From assembly GCA_000165345.1 (NCBI GenBank), contig CM000436.1, positions 1,184,001 to 1,248,000 on the forward strand: 64,000 nucleotides of DNA. Reading direction: 5' to 3'. The stretch's first letter is position 1. Each line of letters opens with the position of its first letter. The notes below the pieces were generated by a model. It searched no databases. It had not been told where the DNA came from and was given only the letters and a program-made list of their open reading frames with translations. Positions 21,101-32,285 of the stretch are shown one piece after another. The translations under genes were made by a program, and so were the position numbers.

Positions 21101-22528
21101 ATGTTTATTAAAAGGAATATATTGAGTTTAGCAACATTATTAGTTGGAGCTTCAGCAAGTGGTATATTTAGACAATTTGGTGATAAAATAACCCAACAAG
21201 CAAATCCATGTCATATTACATGTCCAAGAGAATATGCTCCAGTATGTGCAACAGATGCAGAAACTTATGAGAATTTATGTTTATTTGGAGTAGCAAAATG
21301 TATGAATAGAGATCTTCAATTGGTAGCAAATGTAACATGTCCAGATTTATTAATACATTTAACACATTTAGCACAGAAAGGTATGGTAGAAAGTATGAAT
21401 GCAATAGATTCAACATATCAAACATTTGGTAATATAACAAAGGGAACAGCAGAAATGATATCATCTACTTTAGATTCTGTACCATTAATAAAATTACCAA
21501 ACTTTAATCTTCCAATATTTGGAATACCACCAATTCCACCACAAGTTTTGAAAACGACTTCAACTTCAACTTCAACTTCAACTACTACTACTACTACTAC
21601 ATCAACATCAACTTCAACAACTGAAAATACAAGTACAAATTTTGAATCAGATTCTTCATCTGAATCAACATCAGAATACACATCCACATCCACATCCACG
21701 TCATCGACTATTACATCAGATATTGAGCCTACATCTACATCTACATCCACATCTGCATCTACATCTACATCTACATCTACATCTGCTTCTACATCTGCTT
21801 TGCCAACATCTACAACTACCATTGCTACTTCAACAAAATCTTCAAGAAAATTAATAGAGATTCCAAGTTTAGAACAAGGAGCAAGTGGAGTAATAGCACA
21901 GGTAACTAAGACTATACAATCAGCACTAAGTGGATCTGGAGTTAGTGGTTCATCACCAACAACATCATCATCAGCAGCATTGGGATTAAATAATTTGGAT
22001 GATGCAAGAACAACAATTGAGGGTATGGTAAAGACTATTCCATATACGCCAGGAAAGAATTCTAGTAATATATTATTAGTAGATGGAGTTTCACAAATAG
22101 TAAAATTACCAAATGGAAAAGAAAGTAAGAATTTACTTTCAAATATTACATCAACAGAATCATTTAATTTACCCAATATTACAAATTTAACAAATGGTTC
22201 ATTAAGTAATATTACAGAAAAAATTACAAGTAGAAATATTACATTAAATGGTGAAAATTTAATATCTAATCCAAATTTTCAATCTTTGAGAAATTTAACT
22301 TCATCAACATTGGATAATAATAATATTAGTAATACGACTGCTATTAATGGCACAAATAGTGGTTTAAATATTAATGGTACTTCTTTATTAACAGATTCTA
22401 AATTTAATAAATTGGTTAATGGTAGATTTAATACAACTGATATTTTTAAAGGAATTGGAAATACAATAAATAATATTACAAAGAATATTAAGGAGCAAGT
22501 AGAAAATGAAATTGAAAATATTAATTAA
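21101..22528 (+). CDS. secreted mucin-like glycoprotein with N-terminal Kazal-type protease-inhibitor domain
   Basis: Signal peptide MFIKRNILSLATLLVGASA. CHITCPREYAPVCATDAETYENLCLFGVAKC is a Kazal motif. A long (Thr/Ser)n tract, encoded by ACT/TCA/ACA repeats, spans 21560-21840. The tail carries many N-x-S/T sites. Confidence 0.8.
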   Translation: MFIKRNILSLATLLVGASASGIFRQFGDKITQQANPCHITCPREYAPVCATDAETYENLCLFGVAKCMNRDLQLVANVTCPDLLIHLTHLAQKGMVESMNAIDSTYQTFGNITKGTAEMISSTLDSVPLIKLPNFNLPIFGIPPIPPQVLKTTSTSTSTSTTTTTTTSTSTSTTENTSTNFESDSSSESTSEYTSTSTSTSSTITSDIEPTSTSTSTSASTSTSTSTSASTSALPTSTTTIATSTKSSRKLIEIPSLEQGASGVIAQVTKTIQSALSGSGVSGSSPTTSSSAALGLNNLDDARTTIEGMVKTIPYTPGKNSSNILLVDGVSQIVKLPNGKESKNLLSNITSTESFNLPNITNLTNGSLSNITEKITSRNITLNGENLISNPNFQSLRNLTSSTLDNNNISNTTAINGTNSGLNINGTSLLTDSKFNKLVNGRFNTTDIFKGIGNTINNITKNIKEQVENEIENIN

Positions 22529-22640
22529 ATCTTTAATATTAAGATTTAGTTAATATTTTTTTTCCTCTCTTTTTCTTCTTCTTCATGAATCATAATTATC
22601 ATCCAAACCAAATATTCAGAGTAGAAATAGCCCATAGATT

Positions 22641-23054
22641 ATGAGAAAAGAAAGAGTAATTCCTTATTTTCTTCTTTTTCTTCAACTTAATGTTATTATT
22701 GGAATTTTTATTAAAAAAAAAAAATTAATAATAATATCAAAGGAGAATCACTTTCTTTCTTTCTCTAATCATTTTGTGACTTTAAAAGAAAAAAGGATTT
22801 CAACAACCAGTTCTACCACTTTATTTATAACAAACAACCATTTCCACCACATAATCTTCAATAAAAATTTGCAAAAACCAAAACAACCTTGAGTAACATA
22901 ATTACGACAACTTCTACTAATGATCTTATTAATAACTATTACTACTACTGTTACTACTGATACTACTACTACCACTACTACTACCACTACCATCACTAAC
23001 AATACAACTTCTAAAATAAACACTAATATTGTTATTGCTAATATTTATAACTAA
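22641..23054 (+). pseudogene. possible degenerate small mucin-like gene: signal-peptide ORF, then a Thr-rich tract in the same frame, interrupted by TGA (22890) and TAA (22899)
   Basis: ATG at 22641 gives MRKERVIPYFLLFLQLNVIIGIF. The same frame continues after two stops into TITTTVTTDTTTTTTTTTITNNTTSKINTN to the TAA at 23052-23054. I could not find a convincing intron that removes the stops. Confidence 0.25.
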
Positions 23055-23828
23055 TCACTATTACTGCTATTAATACTAGTATTAATATTATTATTAGTAT
23101 TATTATTACCACTACTACAATGGCATTACAATATTGCTACATTTAAGTTTATATGAATGTTGTAATAATCAATTGGTTCTAAATCAAAATGGTGAAAAAC
23201 TAATGTATAAACAGACAGACAAATAAAGCAGACAGATGAATAAACAGAGAAATGAATAAGCAAAAAGATGAATAAATCTACAAAAATAAGAAAGAAAGGA
23301 AAAAAAAAAAGAAAAGGAAGAAATAGACTAAAGAATACTGAGAAAAGTTCTTTATTGATAAGGAATGGGAGGGAAAGAGAAAAAAAAAGTTAAGTTTTCC
23401 AATATGTTGAAATAATCTTTTTCTCTTATTAACTAAGTAATAAGATTTAAATAAAAAAAAATATATTATAATGAACTCGTATAATTGTTTAATCTAAATA
23501 AATTAATTAAATCTTTTATTGATATATCCCAACTTAAAAGAAATATATAAACTTTCTTAAATATACATCAAATAATATTTGGATATTAACAATAATTGAC
23601 TAGAAGAAAAGCAATTGGTGATTATTTTCTTTTTTCTTTTCCACATCTTTATTTATTATTTATCTTTAATATTAATGAGTATAATGGGGAAAAAAAAGAG
23701 AAATTTACACAAAATATTAAACAAATACAGGAATAGATAAGTTATGATTTCTTAATATTTGAATTATAAAATAAGAATAAATCAATTAATTAAAAACAAT
23801 AATATAACATTATTAACAAACGTTGTAA

Positions 23829-23838
23829 NNNNTNTNTT
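23829..23838. other. run of ambiguous bases (nnnntnt); single N also at 14774, 23951, 24437 and 24812
   Basis: A low-quality or gap region in an extremely AT-rich spacer. Confidence 0.9.
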
Positions 23839-24245
23839 AATGTTTTTCTATCATATTTATTTATTTTCCTTTTAGAAAATTTATTAATATAAAAAAATAA
23901 TAATAATAATAATAATAATATTAAAAGTTATTAGAAAATAAGTCAAATTTANTTTTGTAAATTTAATTGTATTATTTGTAATATAATTATAACAAAAAAG
24001 TGTTTTTTTTTTTAAATAAATATATTAATAGCATGTACTATTAATTATTACTAATTTATAAAGATTACAATGAGTAATTGTCAAAAATAAAGCATAAAAA
24101 TTAATAAAAATAATAAGCTTTTGTTTATATATATTATTTAAGTTAATTGATACTAAATGAAACTAAAATTTATTTAGAAAAAAAAAGAAGAAAATTCAAT
24201 TTATAAATTATATTCAAATAGTAGATAATAATTAATATTATATTA

Positions 24246-24287
<42 letters not shown>

Positions 24288-24304
24288 AATATTGTATTAA
24301 TTTT

Positions 24305-24331
24305 TTTGGCGGGAAAAGAATTTGCATGCAA
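24305..24331. promoter_or_regulatory. TTTGGCGGGAAAAGAATTTGCATGCAA, a textbook E2F site plus GCATGC, sitting in a convergent 3'-3' gap
   Basis: An exact TTTGGCGGGAAA consensus ~200 bp beyond the stop of the giant minus-strand gene. No annotated gene starts nearby. Confidence 0.4.
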
Positions 24332-24519
24332 TAGCCATTTAAATTCCTTACACGTAATAAATAATTAAATAATTTTTTTAAAGTTAAAGGGAAAAGAGTG
24401 GAAAAAAAAAGATTGTTAATAAATATAGTTATTTAGANAGAAAGTTATGAAAAGTTATTAATATAAATAGATAGAAAATGATTAATTCTTTTCTTCGTGT
24501 ATTTATTAATTAAATTTAT

Positions 24520-27500
24520 TCACTCCTTTTTAGGAATTTCTTGATTTAAATTCACATTCTTTAAACTATTATTATTGTTTGTTGGATCTTGAATTGGATT
24601 TCCAATTGTTGTCCCTCCTTTATTTATTCCATTAAAGCCAACTAATGGGTTTCCAATATGTTGTTGAAATTGTTGTTGCTGAAGTTGTTGCTGTTGTTGT
24701 TGTTGTATTATTAAACTCAACATATCTCCTCCAATGGAATTTCTATTTAATTGTTGTCGACTTTGAAAATTAAAAGGGATTGTATTTGCTAGAAACTGTT
24801 GTTGCAGTTGTNGCAATTGCAGTTGTTGTTGCTGCTGTTGCAGTTGTTGTAGTTGTTGAAGTTGTTGTTGTTGTTGTTGTTGTTGCTGTTGTTGTTGTTG
24901 TTGCTGCTGCTGCTGCTGCTGCTGTTGCTTTAACTGTAGCTGCAATTGAAGTTGAAGTTGTAGCTGTTGATTGTGTTGTTGCTGCAGTTGCTGTTGTTGT
25001 TGATGTTGTTGCTGTTGTTGCTGTTGCAATAACTGTTGTTGGAACAAATGTTGAAGTTGGAAAAAGTTAGGAAATGCTTGGGGTTGTGTTTGCAAAGAGG
25101 TTTGTGAAAAAAGTCCATTTCCAACCCCGAATTCATTTCCAACTCCAGCTTCAATTCCAGCTCCAGTTCCAATTCCAGCTCCAGTTACAACTCCAACTCC
25201 ACCACTTCCAGCTCCAGCATCAATTCCAGTTCCAGCTCCTACACCAACTCCAGATCCAACTCCAGCTCCTACGCCAACTCCTACACCAACTCCAGATCCT
25301 GCTCCAGCTCCAGATCCAGCTCCAGCTCCAGCTCCAGCTCCAGCTCCAGCTCCAGCTCCAGCTCCAGCTCCAGCTCCAGCTCCAGCTCCAGCTCCTACTG
25401 AATTCAAAGTTGCAGAATCAAATATTCCTGGAACTATAACACCTTTATTTGAGCTATTTTCTGTTTTTGAATTAAATCCTCCTTCTCCGCCTTCTGAGGC
25501 TCCCATTGTTATTTTACTTGAAATTTCAACAACCTCACATGACTTCTCTCCGTCTACTATCGCTTCCTTAGCTAAAACCATACTCTTACTATTATCGTAA
25601 TCCCCTACTTTAGTAGAATCTCCAACTAATACCTCATTCTTGTCCTCATTCTTCTCCTTCTCTGTCTCTTTCTGCTCTTCTTTTCCATATTGATCATTTA
25701 CTGATATTCCTTCTACTAATCCAGAAACCATCTCTGCTTTCAAATCCGTAATCAGAGTTTCAGATTCAGGTTTGAGCTTAGTTTCAGGTCCAGGTTCAGA
25801 CTCAAGATTGGGTTCAGTTTCAGGATTAAGATCCCGCTCTTTTAACTCTGTAGAATCTTTAGTTGTTGAATTATTTACAGAAGTTGGATTAGGACTTGTA
25901 GTGATACCTGCAGTATAATTACTACCGCCAACAATTCCACCACTTCCCAATAATGTGTTCATTATCATCTGATTTAAAGGATTTGCCAATCCTCCAACAA
26001 ATCCAATCTGTTGAGAATTTCTCATTTGTTCTTGTAATGTTTGCTGAAAAACCAACTGTTGTTGTAAGTATTGATTCATTAATATACTATTCCAAGTCTG
26101 ATTGTGATTGCTCTGGGAATTAATATTTGTTGAATCACTTGTACTATTATTAACACTGCTTGTTGTATTAACACCATTATTCACAGGATTTATAGATATG
26201 GGATTCTCTGTTGCTCCTACTGCTCCTGATACCGATCCTGATTCTCCTATTCCTGTTCCTCCCACTCCTCCTGCTACATTATGCTGTCCAAGATTAGACC
26301 CCAAGCCTCCAAATAATAATCCAGAAGGATACCCCACTCCTGTTGCTCCTGTTGCTCCTGTTGCTCCTGTTGCTGCTCCTACTCCTACCCCTGCTCCTCC
26401 TACTCCTGTTACTCCCATTCCTATCCCTCCTCCTCCTCCTAATCCCAACCCTCCTATACCAGGAATTCCCCCCTTAGCCATTCCAGGTATACCAGATATG
26501 CCTCCTATACGAGGTATTCCTCCTAAATTTTGTAGTCCTCCCATACTTTGTAGTCCACCCAAACCCTGAAATCCTCCTATACCTTGTAGTCCTCCAAGCC
26601 CTGACAAATCTTGAATGCCATTACCGCTCCCACTACAACTATTACTACTGCTACTGTTATTAATATCATTACCACCACTTCCTCCTACATCACCAACAGC
26701 ATTTTCCACTCCCATTCCAGAATAAATACCTGTATTTGATACTTGGCAAGGCTTTAATGGATTCACTTGAGATGTAACATTTCCACATGAATTAATAATT
26801 GATGGAAAACCACCTGATAAAATTGGTATAGAATTATCATTAACTTTAGGTAATTGTAATCCAAAATTTACGTTACCCATATTCATATTTAATAATGAAT
26901 TTGGCTGTAATTGACTTAGTCCAGGAATTGAATTATCTGAAATAAAGTAGTTTGCTAGAATTCCATTATTATTTAATAATAGTAAGTTATTAATATTATT
27001 GGATGATGATGATGTTTCTATTTTACCATTTAATACTTTATTATTACTATTTCCTTTCATATACTCATCCATCAATTTTGGTATCTTTCTATTCATACTC
27101 TCTTCATTATATTCATTTAAACCAATATTATTACCATTTCCACTACTCATTAGTATATCATTACTGTTCGTATCACTAACTTCCTTGCTATTTAACAATC
27201 CTACTACTCCTGTTACACCTGATCCTGGCCCTGATCCTGGCCCTGATCCTGATCCTGACCCTGATCCTGACCCTCTCTTACGTCTTCCTTGCCTTGGCTT
27301 CTCATTCATTGATGATTTTTGTAATACCGAATTACTATTTATATTATTAACTATTTCCAAATTTCTTAATTTACCTTTACCTGTCTCTGTTGATGGAACA
27401 TTTGAGACATAATTTGAAATATCTGAAGATAATGAATAATCTTGCTTATTTGATGGAGATATTGTCAAAGAATGTAATAAAGAATTACTACCATTTATAA

Positions 27501-30500
27501 CTCCTCCTAATTCTCCCATTATATTATCCATAAACTGATTCAAATATAAATATACCGATACCTTTAAATCATTTATTGATATATTTGGATCCAAATATGA
27601 CATATTCAAAGATTCTTGATCTTTATATTCTTTATGATCAAATATTATTGGTATATTACTTGGTAATTGTATATTTGAATTTCCTTGCTTATTTTGAATA
27701 TTTATATTATAAAAAGGAGAAATTAATGCATCCATATCTTTTGGTAATATATATCCATTACTTAAGTTATCCATTGTATATCTTTTATTTGTATTTAAAT
27801 GAGAATCATCATGTTTTCTAAATAAAAACTTATATATTAAATCATCATATAATCCCCATTCTTCTTTCTTTTCTATTCCTATCATATTATTATTCATTTC
27901 TCTTCTTTCAATTATTGGAAGCCTAAATAATGTTGATGGTCTATTTAACATTCTTCTTAAAGATGATCTTGAAAGAAGTCTCTCTGTATACATATTCATA
28001 TTACCAAGACTACTAAAACATGATCTCTTATAAAAATCTCTCATAAAATGATTATATGTTGATTCAATTGTTAAAGTATTCAATATTTCATCAATTAAAA
28101 GCTCCCTATATGAATGTTTCTTATATTTAATAATCTCCATACATCTTATAGTACTAATAAGACTATTCCAAAATATACTCTTATCTTTTTTTATTTGTAT
28201 ATTATCATCATCTTGAGAATCTTTAATAATTCTTTGAATATTTTCTTCTGTATCATCTTTTGTATGAATTGAAGATGATATTATTTCATCATCATTCATT
28301 ATATTATGATCTTTTTGATCATAATGATGATTCATATTAATTTGATTCTTATTATGATTTCCTTTAAAATAATATACTAATCTTAAAATCCTTTTAAATC
28401 CTAATGTATATTTATATTTGTAATAAAAATCTATACAATCTTTAATAGTCTTATATTCCATAAATGATGCTATCCTTCTGAAATCTTTTGGATACATTAA
28501 ATACTTTTCTATAAACATTCTTATTTCTGAATAAGTCCATATAGTATTTCTATTCCTTTCTTGATCAGTTGGATTGATTACTTGATTATTCTTATTAATA
28601 TAAATAAATTTCACAGGTTTAATAGGATCTTGATCATAAACATTAAATTCAATTTCTGCAGGAAATCTAAAAATACTATTCTCAAACCATAGTGGAGATG
28701 GACCTATAAAACTGGATGATGAACTAGTCATTTGCATCCATTCTCTTTGAGCTTGTTTTTGATGTACTATTCCTTTTTCTCTTTCTCTATTTTTTTGTAT
28801 ATTCAATCCAATATCTTTTTCTTTATCTTTTTCTTTATTAGAAATAGGTATTTCTTTATAATTTTTAGTTACCCCGATACCTAATGTTGTAGTACCAGAA
28901 GAACCAAATGATAAAGAATTACAACTATTAGAATGAGAAGGATTAGATTGTGATGTAGAAGTGATATTATTTCCTGTTAAAATATTTCCAATTGATGGTT
29001 GAGAATCATTTTTCATAACTGATGCAAATTCATTAGAATAATTTGTAGATCCAGGTACCCCTCCAGTTTTAACCAAATTAAGAAATGATAAAGATGCATT
29101 GCCTGTATTTGATGACATAGAATGATCTTCATTTCCAATAATATTATTGGAAGAATGATAATTATCATTAGAATTTCTTGTCCTTCTTGATCTTGTAGAA
29201 TTTAATTCAAAGGTACCGACATCAATTCCTCCAGTTCCTCTTTTTCTTCTTGTATTACTAACAGTATTAAGTGTTTCATTTGTTGAATTAGAGATATTAT
29301 TTATATCATGAGTATTCCGATTAATACTTTCAGAATGATTTTGTTCAATATTTCCAATATGATCACTTCCTTTTAATATACCTCCTTTTGTTTGAATATT
29401 ATATAACTTTTGATTATTATTAGTATTAGTAGAATCAATATTATCACCAAATACAAGAGCTCTATTAGAATTAGTAAAAAGTATTGGTGTTTGAATATTT
29501 TGTAAAGACATCATATAAGTTTTTGATATATCATTATTTCTACATTCAGGTAGAAGATCTAGAAATTTATGATATACTTTAAACCTAAAATCATGTTTAA
29601 AATAACCAATAGGTAAAGGTACCAATTGATCAGGATGATCAATTGCTCTTAAAGGTAAACAACCCCAAGTAAAATTCAGATCTCTTTCACTATTTAACAT
29701 TTCATTATATGCAACATATCTTTTATAACGATGATATATAAAATGTAAAGATCTTTTAATATTTGATATTTCATTTCTAATCATGATCTTTTTTCTTTTA
29801 ATATGTTTTCTTACTCTTTGAATTTTTGAAGAATAACCAAGTAAATTAATAGGATGATAAAAATCACCATTAATTGGTCTTAAAATATCTTTAATAACTT
29901 TTAAAGCAAACTTATTATGATCTTGTATTGGATAACAAAGACTAGTATAGTATGGCATTAAAGATACATATTCTGGTATACCAAGTATAACTTCAATATA
30001 ATCTTGTATTTCTCTATCAATAACTAAATCATCCTGATAGATTTTAATAATTTCAAGAGTATGATCATCTTTACTTTCTTCTAAAATAGATTCTAATAAC
30101 TTAATTTCATCCATTAAATAGTTAAATGTTGATATAAGAAATGGAATATGATCACCAGTATTTTTTTGATGATTATCGATAGTAATGATCTCATTAATTT
30201 TATCCTTTAAAACTTTTAAAGAATTTAATTTCTCAATATTTTCTTCTTTGAGTTTTTGTAAAGATTCTGTAATTCCAAAATCATTATTAATATGAGAAGA
30301 AGAATTAGAATCTTGAGAATTTTTATTTTCATTAATAAATCGTATTCGGTACCTTTTTAGATCTTTATTATTTGTATCAATTTCACTATTAATAAATTGA
30401 TCCAACTCTTTAATTCTACCAGGCAAAACACAAATCTTAACTTTTTGTCTTGCAGTTCTAAAAGCCTGACTTGTATTTTCCATAACTGAAGCCAAGTAAT

Positions 30501-31749
30501 TATAATTATGATCATTTTCTTCTAAATTATTATTAATTTCAGAGTTTCCCGCCTTTTCTGTAAAGAATGAGCAAGAATCTGAAATATTGTTAGAATTAGA
30601 AGAATCAATATAAAGATTTTCGAATGCCGTATTGGTATGTTCATCTTCAACTTTTTTTAGTGTGAGATTAGATAGATTGAAATCTGGAGTTAGAAATTCA
30701 ATAGCTCCTAGTAGTCCTTGTTTGTAATTAATAGACTTTTTGTGATTATAATCAGTAAGTCCAGCACAAGATGATGATTCATAAGAGGTACCTAAAGTAA
30801 TTTGAGAAGTTTCTTGAGATCTTTTAACAAGATTAACTTGATAAATATGATATATTTTACATAAATCATTCAAGAATTGACCATTTTCTCCATAAGTTGA
30901 GCTATTAACTGAATTAATCTTTTTAATGTTTCTAATATTTCCCAAGCTTAAATTTAAGTATGGACCTCTTCTATGATCTTGTGCTATTGGTAGTTGTTGT
31001 AAATTGTAATTCTCCAGTTCTCTACCTCCTTTATCATATAAATCTTTCAAGTAATATTTACAAGCTAAAGTAAAAATATCCAAAGGAGTTCTTGATCTTA
31101 ATATCTTTTCTGTTTCATCTATCTCAGTCTTTTCCTTGGAGCTAGTGTTCTTCCTTCTAAAGTATCTTCTATGAGTTTTCTTCTTTTTTGTGTTTATAGC
31201 TTTCAAATCTTTTGTAGAAGAGGAGCATGAATTATTAATATTACTATTGTTATTAGTTGCATTTAAACCAGAACTTGAGCCTAAATTAGCTCCTGAATCA
31301 AAATCTAGAGCCTCACATATCTCTTCTCCTTCTCCATCATCTAAATCATCATCCATAATAGAAGTTGTTAAACAATTTTCATTAAAGTTAATACTATTTG
31401 CCTCGATATTTCTTCTTTCTTGTTCCTTTTTTAATTGTTCCAACTCTAAATTAATTCTCAGTATCTCATCCTGAAGGTATAATACTAAATTATGATCCTT
31501 TAAAATATTTACATTACCAAAAATCATCTTATCTTGAATCTTCTCTTCATCTATTATTGGCTCATATAGAAATTCATCCTTGAATAAATTATCTTTCAAT
31601 CCTCCACCTTCACTAAAATCAGAAACTTGCTTCAAATATTTATCCACTAATTTCTCAAATTCATCAGCTTCCTTAACATTTTTAACTTTTCTACATCCAT
31701 TAATTATGCTTCCCAGCAAAATCTCGTTATATTCAGTTTCTTTATCCAT
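24520..31749 (-). CDS. giant (2409 aa) nuclear low-complexity protein with an N-CoR-type SANT domain; poly-Q, (AG)n, (GS/GP)n and LQ repeat tracts
   Basis: ATG at 31749-31747. WTYSEIRMFIEKYLMYPKDFRRIASFMEYKTIKDCIDFYYKYK matches the SANT consensus. The C-terminal third is encoded by microsatellites: (TTG/CTG)n at 24800-24960 and (GCTCCA)n at 25319-25396. An ambiguous base at 24812 falls inside the ORF. Confidence 0.75.
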   Translation of the reverse strand: MDKETEYNEILLGSIINGCRKVKNVKEADEFEKLVDKYLKQVSDFSEGGGLKDNLFKDEFLYEPIIDEEKIQDKMIFGNVNILKDHNLVLYLQDEILRINLELEQLKKEQERRNIEANSINFNENCLTTSIMDDDLDDGEGEEICEALDFDSGANLGSSSGLNATNNNSNINNSCSSSTKDLKAINTKKKKTHRRYFRRKNTSSKEKTEIDETEKILRSRTPLDIFTLACKYYLKDLYDKGGRELENYNLQQLPIAQDHRRGPYLNLSLGNIRNIKKINSVNSSTYGENGQFLNDLCKIYHIYQVNLVKRSQETSQITLGTSYESSSCAGLTDYNHKKSINYKQGLLGAIEFLTPDFNLSNLTLKKVEDEHTNTAFENLYIDSSNSNNISDSCSFFTEKAGNSEINNNLEENDHNYNYLASVMENTSQAFRTARQKVKICVLPGRIKELDQFINSEIDTNNKDLKRYRIRFINENKNSQDSNSSSHINNDFGITESLQKLKEENIEKLNSLKVLKDKINEIITIDNHQKNTGDHIPFLISTFNYLMDEIKLLESILEESKDDHTLEIIKIYQDDLVIDREIQDYIEVILGIPEYVSLMPYYTSLCYPIQDHNKFALKVIKDILRPINGDFYHPINLLGYSSKIQRVRKHIKRKKIMIRNEISNIKRSLHFIYHRYKRYVAYNEMLNSERDLNFTWGCLPLRAIDHPDQLVPLPIGYFKHDFRFKVYHKFLDLLPECRNNDISKTYMMSLQNIQTPILFTNSNRALVFGDNIDSTNTNNNQKLYNIQTKGGILKGSDHIGNIEQNHSESINRNTHDINNISNSTNETLNTVSNTRRKRGTGGIDVGTFELNSTRSRRTRNSNDNYHSSNNIIGNEDHSMSSNTGNASLSFLNLVKTGGVPGSTNYSNEFASVMKNDSQPSIGNILTGNNITSTSQSNPSHSNSCNSLSFGSSGTTTLGIGVTKNYKEIPISNKEKDKEKDIGLNIQKNREREKGIVHQKQAQREWMQMTSSSSSFIGPSPLWFENSIFRFPAEIEFNVYDQDPIKPVKFIYINKNNQVINPTDQERNRNTIWTYSEIRMFIEKYLMYPKDFRRIASFMEYKTIKDCIDFYYKYKYTLGFKRILRLVYYFKGNHNKNQINMNHHYDQKDHNIMNDDEIISSSIHTKDDTEENIQRIIKDSQDDDNIQIKKDKSIFWNSLISTIRCMEIIKYKKHSYRELLIDEILNTLTIESTYNHFMRDFYKRSCFSSLGNMNMYTERLLSRSSLRRMLNRPSTLFRLPIIERREMNNNMIGIEKKEEWGLYDDLIYKFLFRKHDDSHLNTNKRYTMDNLSNGYILPKDMDALISPFYNINIQNKQGNSNIQLPSNIPIIFDHKEYKDQESLNMSYLDPNISINDLKVSVYLYLNQFMDNIMGELGGVINGSNSLLHSLTISPSNKQDYSLSSDISNYVSNVPSTETGKGKLRNLEIVNNINSNSVLQKSSMNEKPRQGRRKRGSGSGSGSGSGPGSGPGSGVTGVVGLLNSKEVSDTNSNDILMSSGNGNNIGLNEYNEESMNRKIPKLMDEYMKGNSNNKVLNGKIETSSSSNNINNLLLLNNNGILANYFISDNSIPGLSQLQPNSLLNMNMGNVNFGLQLPKVNDNSIPILSGGFPSIINSCGNVTSQVNPLKPCQVSNTGIYSGMGVENAVGDVGGSGGNDINNSSSSNSCSGSGNGIQDLSGLGGLQGIGGFQGLGGLQSMGGLQNLGGIPRIGGISGIPGMAKGGIPGIGGLGLGGGGGIGMGVTGVGGAGVGVGAATGATGATGATGVGYPSGLLFGGLGSNLGQHNVAGGVGGTGIGESGSVSGAVGATENPISINPVNNGVNTTSSVNNSTSDSTNINSQSNHNQTWNSILMNQYLQQQLVFQQTLQEQMRNSQQIGFVGGLANPLNQMIMNTLLGSGGIVGGSNYTAGITTSPNPTSVNNSTTKDSTELKERDLNPETEPNLESEPGPETKLKPESETLITDLKAEMVSGLVEGISVNDQYGKEEQKETEKEKNEDKNEVLVGDSTKVGDYDNSKSMVLAKEAIVDGEKSCEVVEISSKITMGASEGGEGGFNSKTENSSNKGVIVPGIFDSATLNSVGAGAGAGAGAGAGAGAGAGAGAGAGAGSGAGAGSGVGVGVGVGAGVGSGVGVGAGTGIDAGAGSGGVGVVTGAGIGTGAGIEAGVGNEFGVGNGLFSQTSLQTQPQAFPNFFQLQHLFQQQLLQQQQQQQHQQQQQLQQQHNQQLQLQLQLQLQLKQQQQQQQQQQQQQQQQQQQQQQLQQLQQLQQQQQQLQLXQLQQQFLANTIPFNFQSRQQLNRNSIGGDMLSLIIQQQQQQQLQQQQFQQHIGNPLVGFNGINKGGTTIGNPIQDPTNNNNSLKNVNLNQEIPKKE
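24800..24960. repeat. (TTG/CTG)n trinucleotide tract inside the giant SANT gene, encoding poly-Gln on the minus strand
   Basis: gttgttgttgttgctgctgctg; includes the N at 24812. Confidence 0.9.
25319..25396. repeat. (GCTCCA)13 hexanucleotide repeat inside the giant SANT gene, encoding (AG)n on the minus strand
   Basis: A perfect tandem hexamer. Confidence 0.95.
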
Positions 31750-32111
31750 AATTCTACCAAATTTTTCTTCAAAACTTATTTATTTAATCAGTTTCAACTT
31801 GATTATTTGCCTTTATATATACATATATATATATATAAACATATAAACATATATATATATAAGCAAATATATATATTTATGATTTACTATATTCTCCATA
31901 AATATATTTATATTTATATAAATATATACACTATCTATTCAAATAAACTCTTTCTAACTTATTTAACCTTTGTTCGCTTTCCAAGCTTCTTTCTCTAATA
32001 ACTCCAATCCATTAAGTCCTATCATAAAGTTCTTTTATTTTTATTACTTTACTATTAATTTGTTTTTCTTAAAATTTCTTTTTTTTCTCATCGATATAAA
32101 AATATTACCAC

Positions 32112-32155
32112 TTTGGCGCCAAATCATTCGATACCATATTAATAATGCCGGTATG
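32112..32155. promoter_or_regulatory. perfect palindrome TTTGGCGCCAAA plus GCCGGTATG, ~360 bp upstream of the giant SANT gene (minus)
   Basis: A 12-bp palindrome in the 536-bp head-to-tail spacer. Confidence 0.55.
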
Positions 32156-32285
32156 TAAAAAAAAATTGTAACGGTATCATGTCTCGAGATCTAAAAATTT
32201 TACAAAATAAAATAAGCAAAATAAAAATAAAGAATATTAATAAAATACAAAAAAATTAAACTGAATTAAACAAAATATGATTTTT

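Noticed and set aside
21418-22176. Long antisense ORF (252 aa, minus) overlapping the Kazal-mucin gene, and similar antisense or alternative-frame ORFs at 24780-25439, 26108-26569, 26999-27412, 37185-37419, 56815-57470 and 58127-58519
   Set aside because: They are mirror readings of codon repeats (ACT/TCA, GCTCCA, TTG, AGT, TCT) in real genes and give VDVDVD, LQLQLQ or PAPAPA-type junk. They lack upstream GC-box promoters and run opposite to well-supported genes.
22880-23130. ACT/ACC/ATT-rich block as a transposon or satellite
   Set aside because: It has no terminal repeats and no transposase ORF, and the periodicity is 3 nt (codon repeat). It reads better as a degenerated Thr-codon tract of a mucin-like gene.
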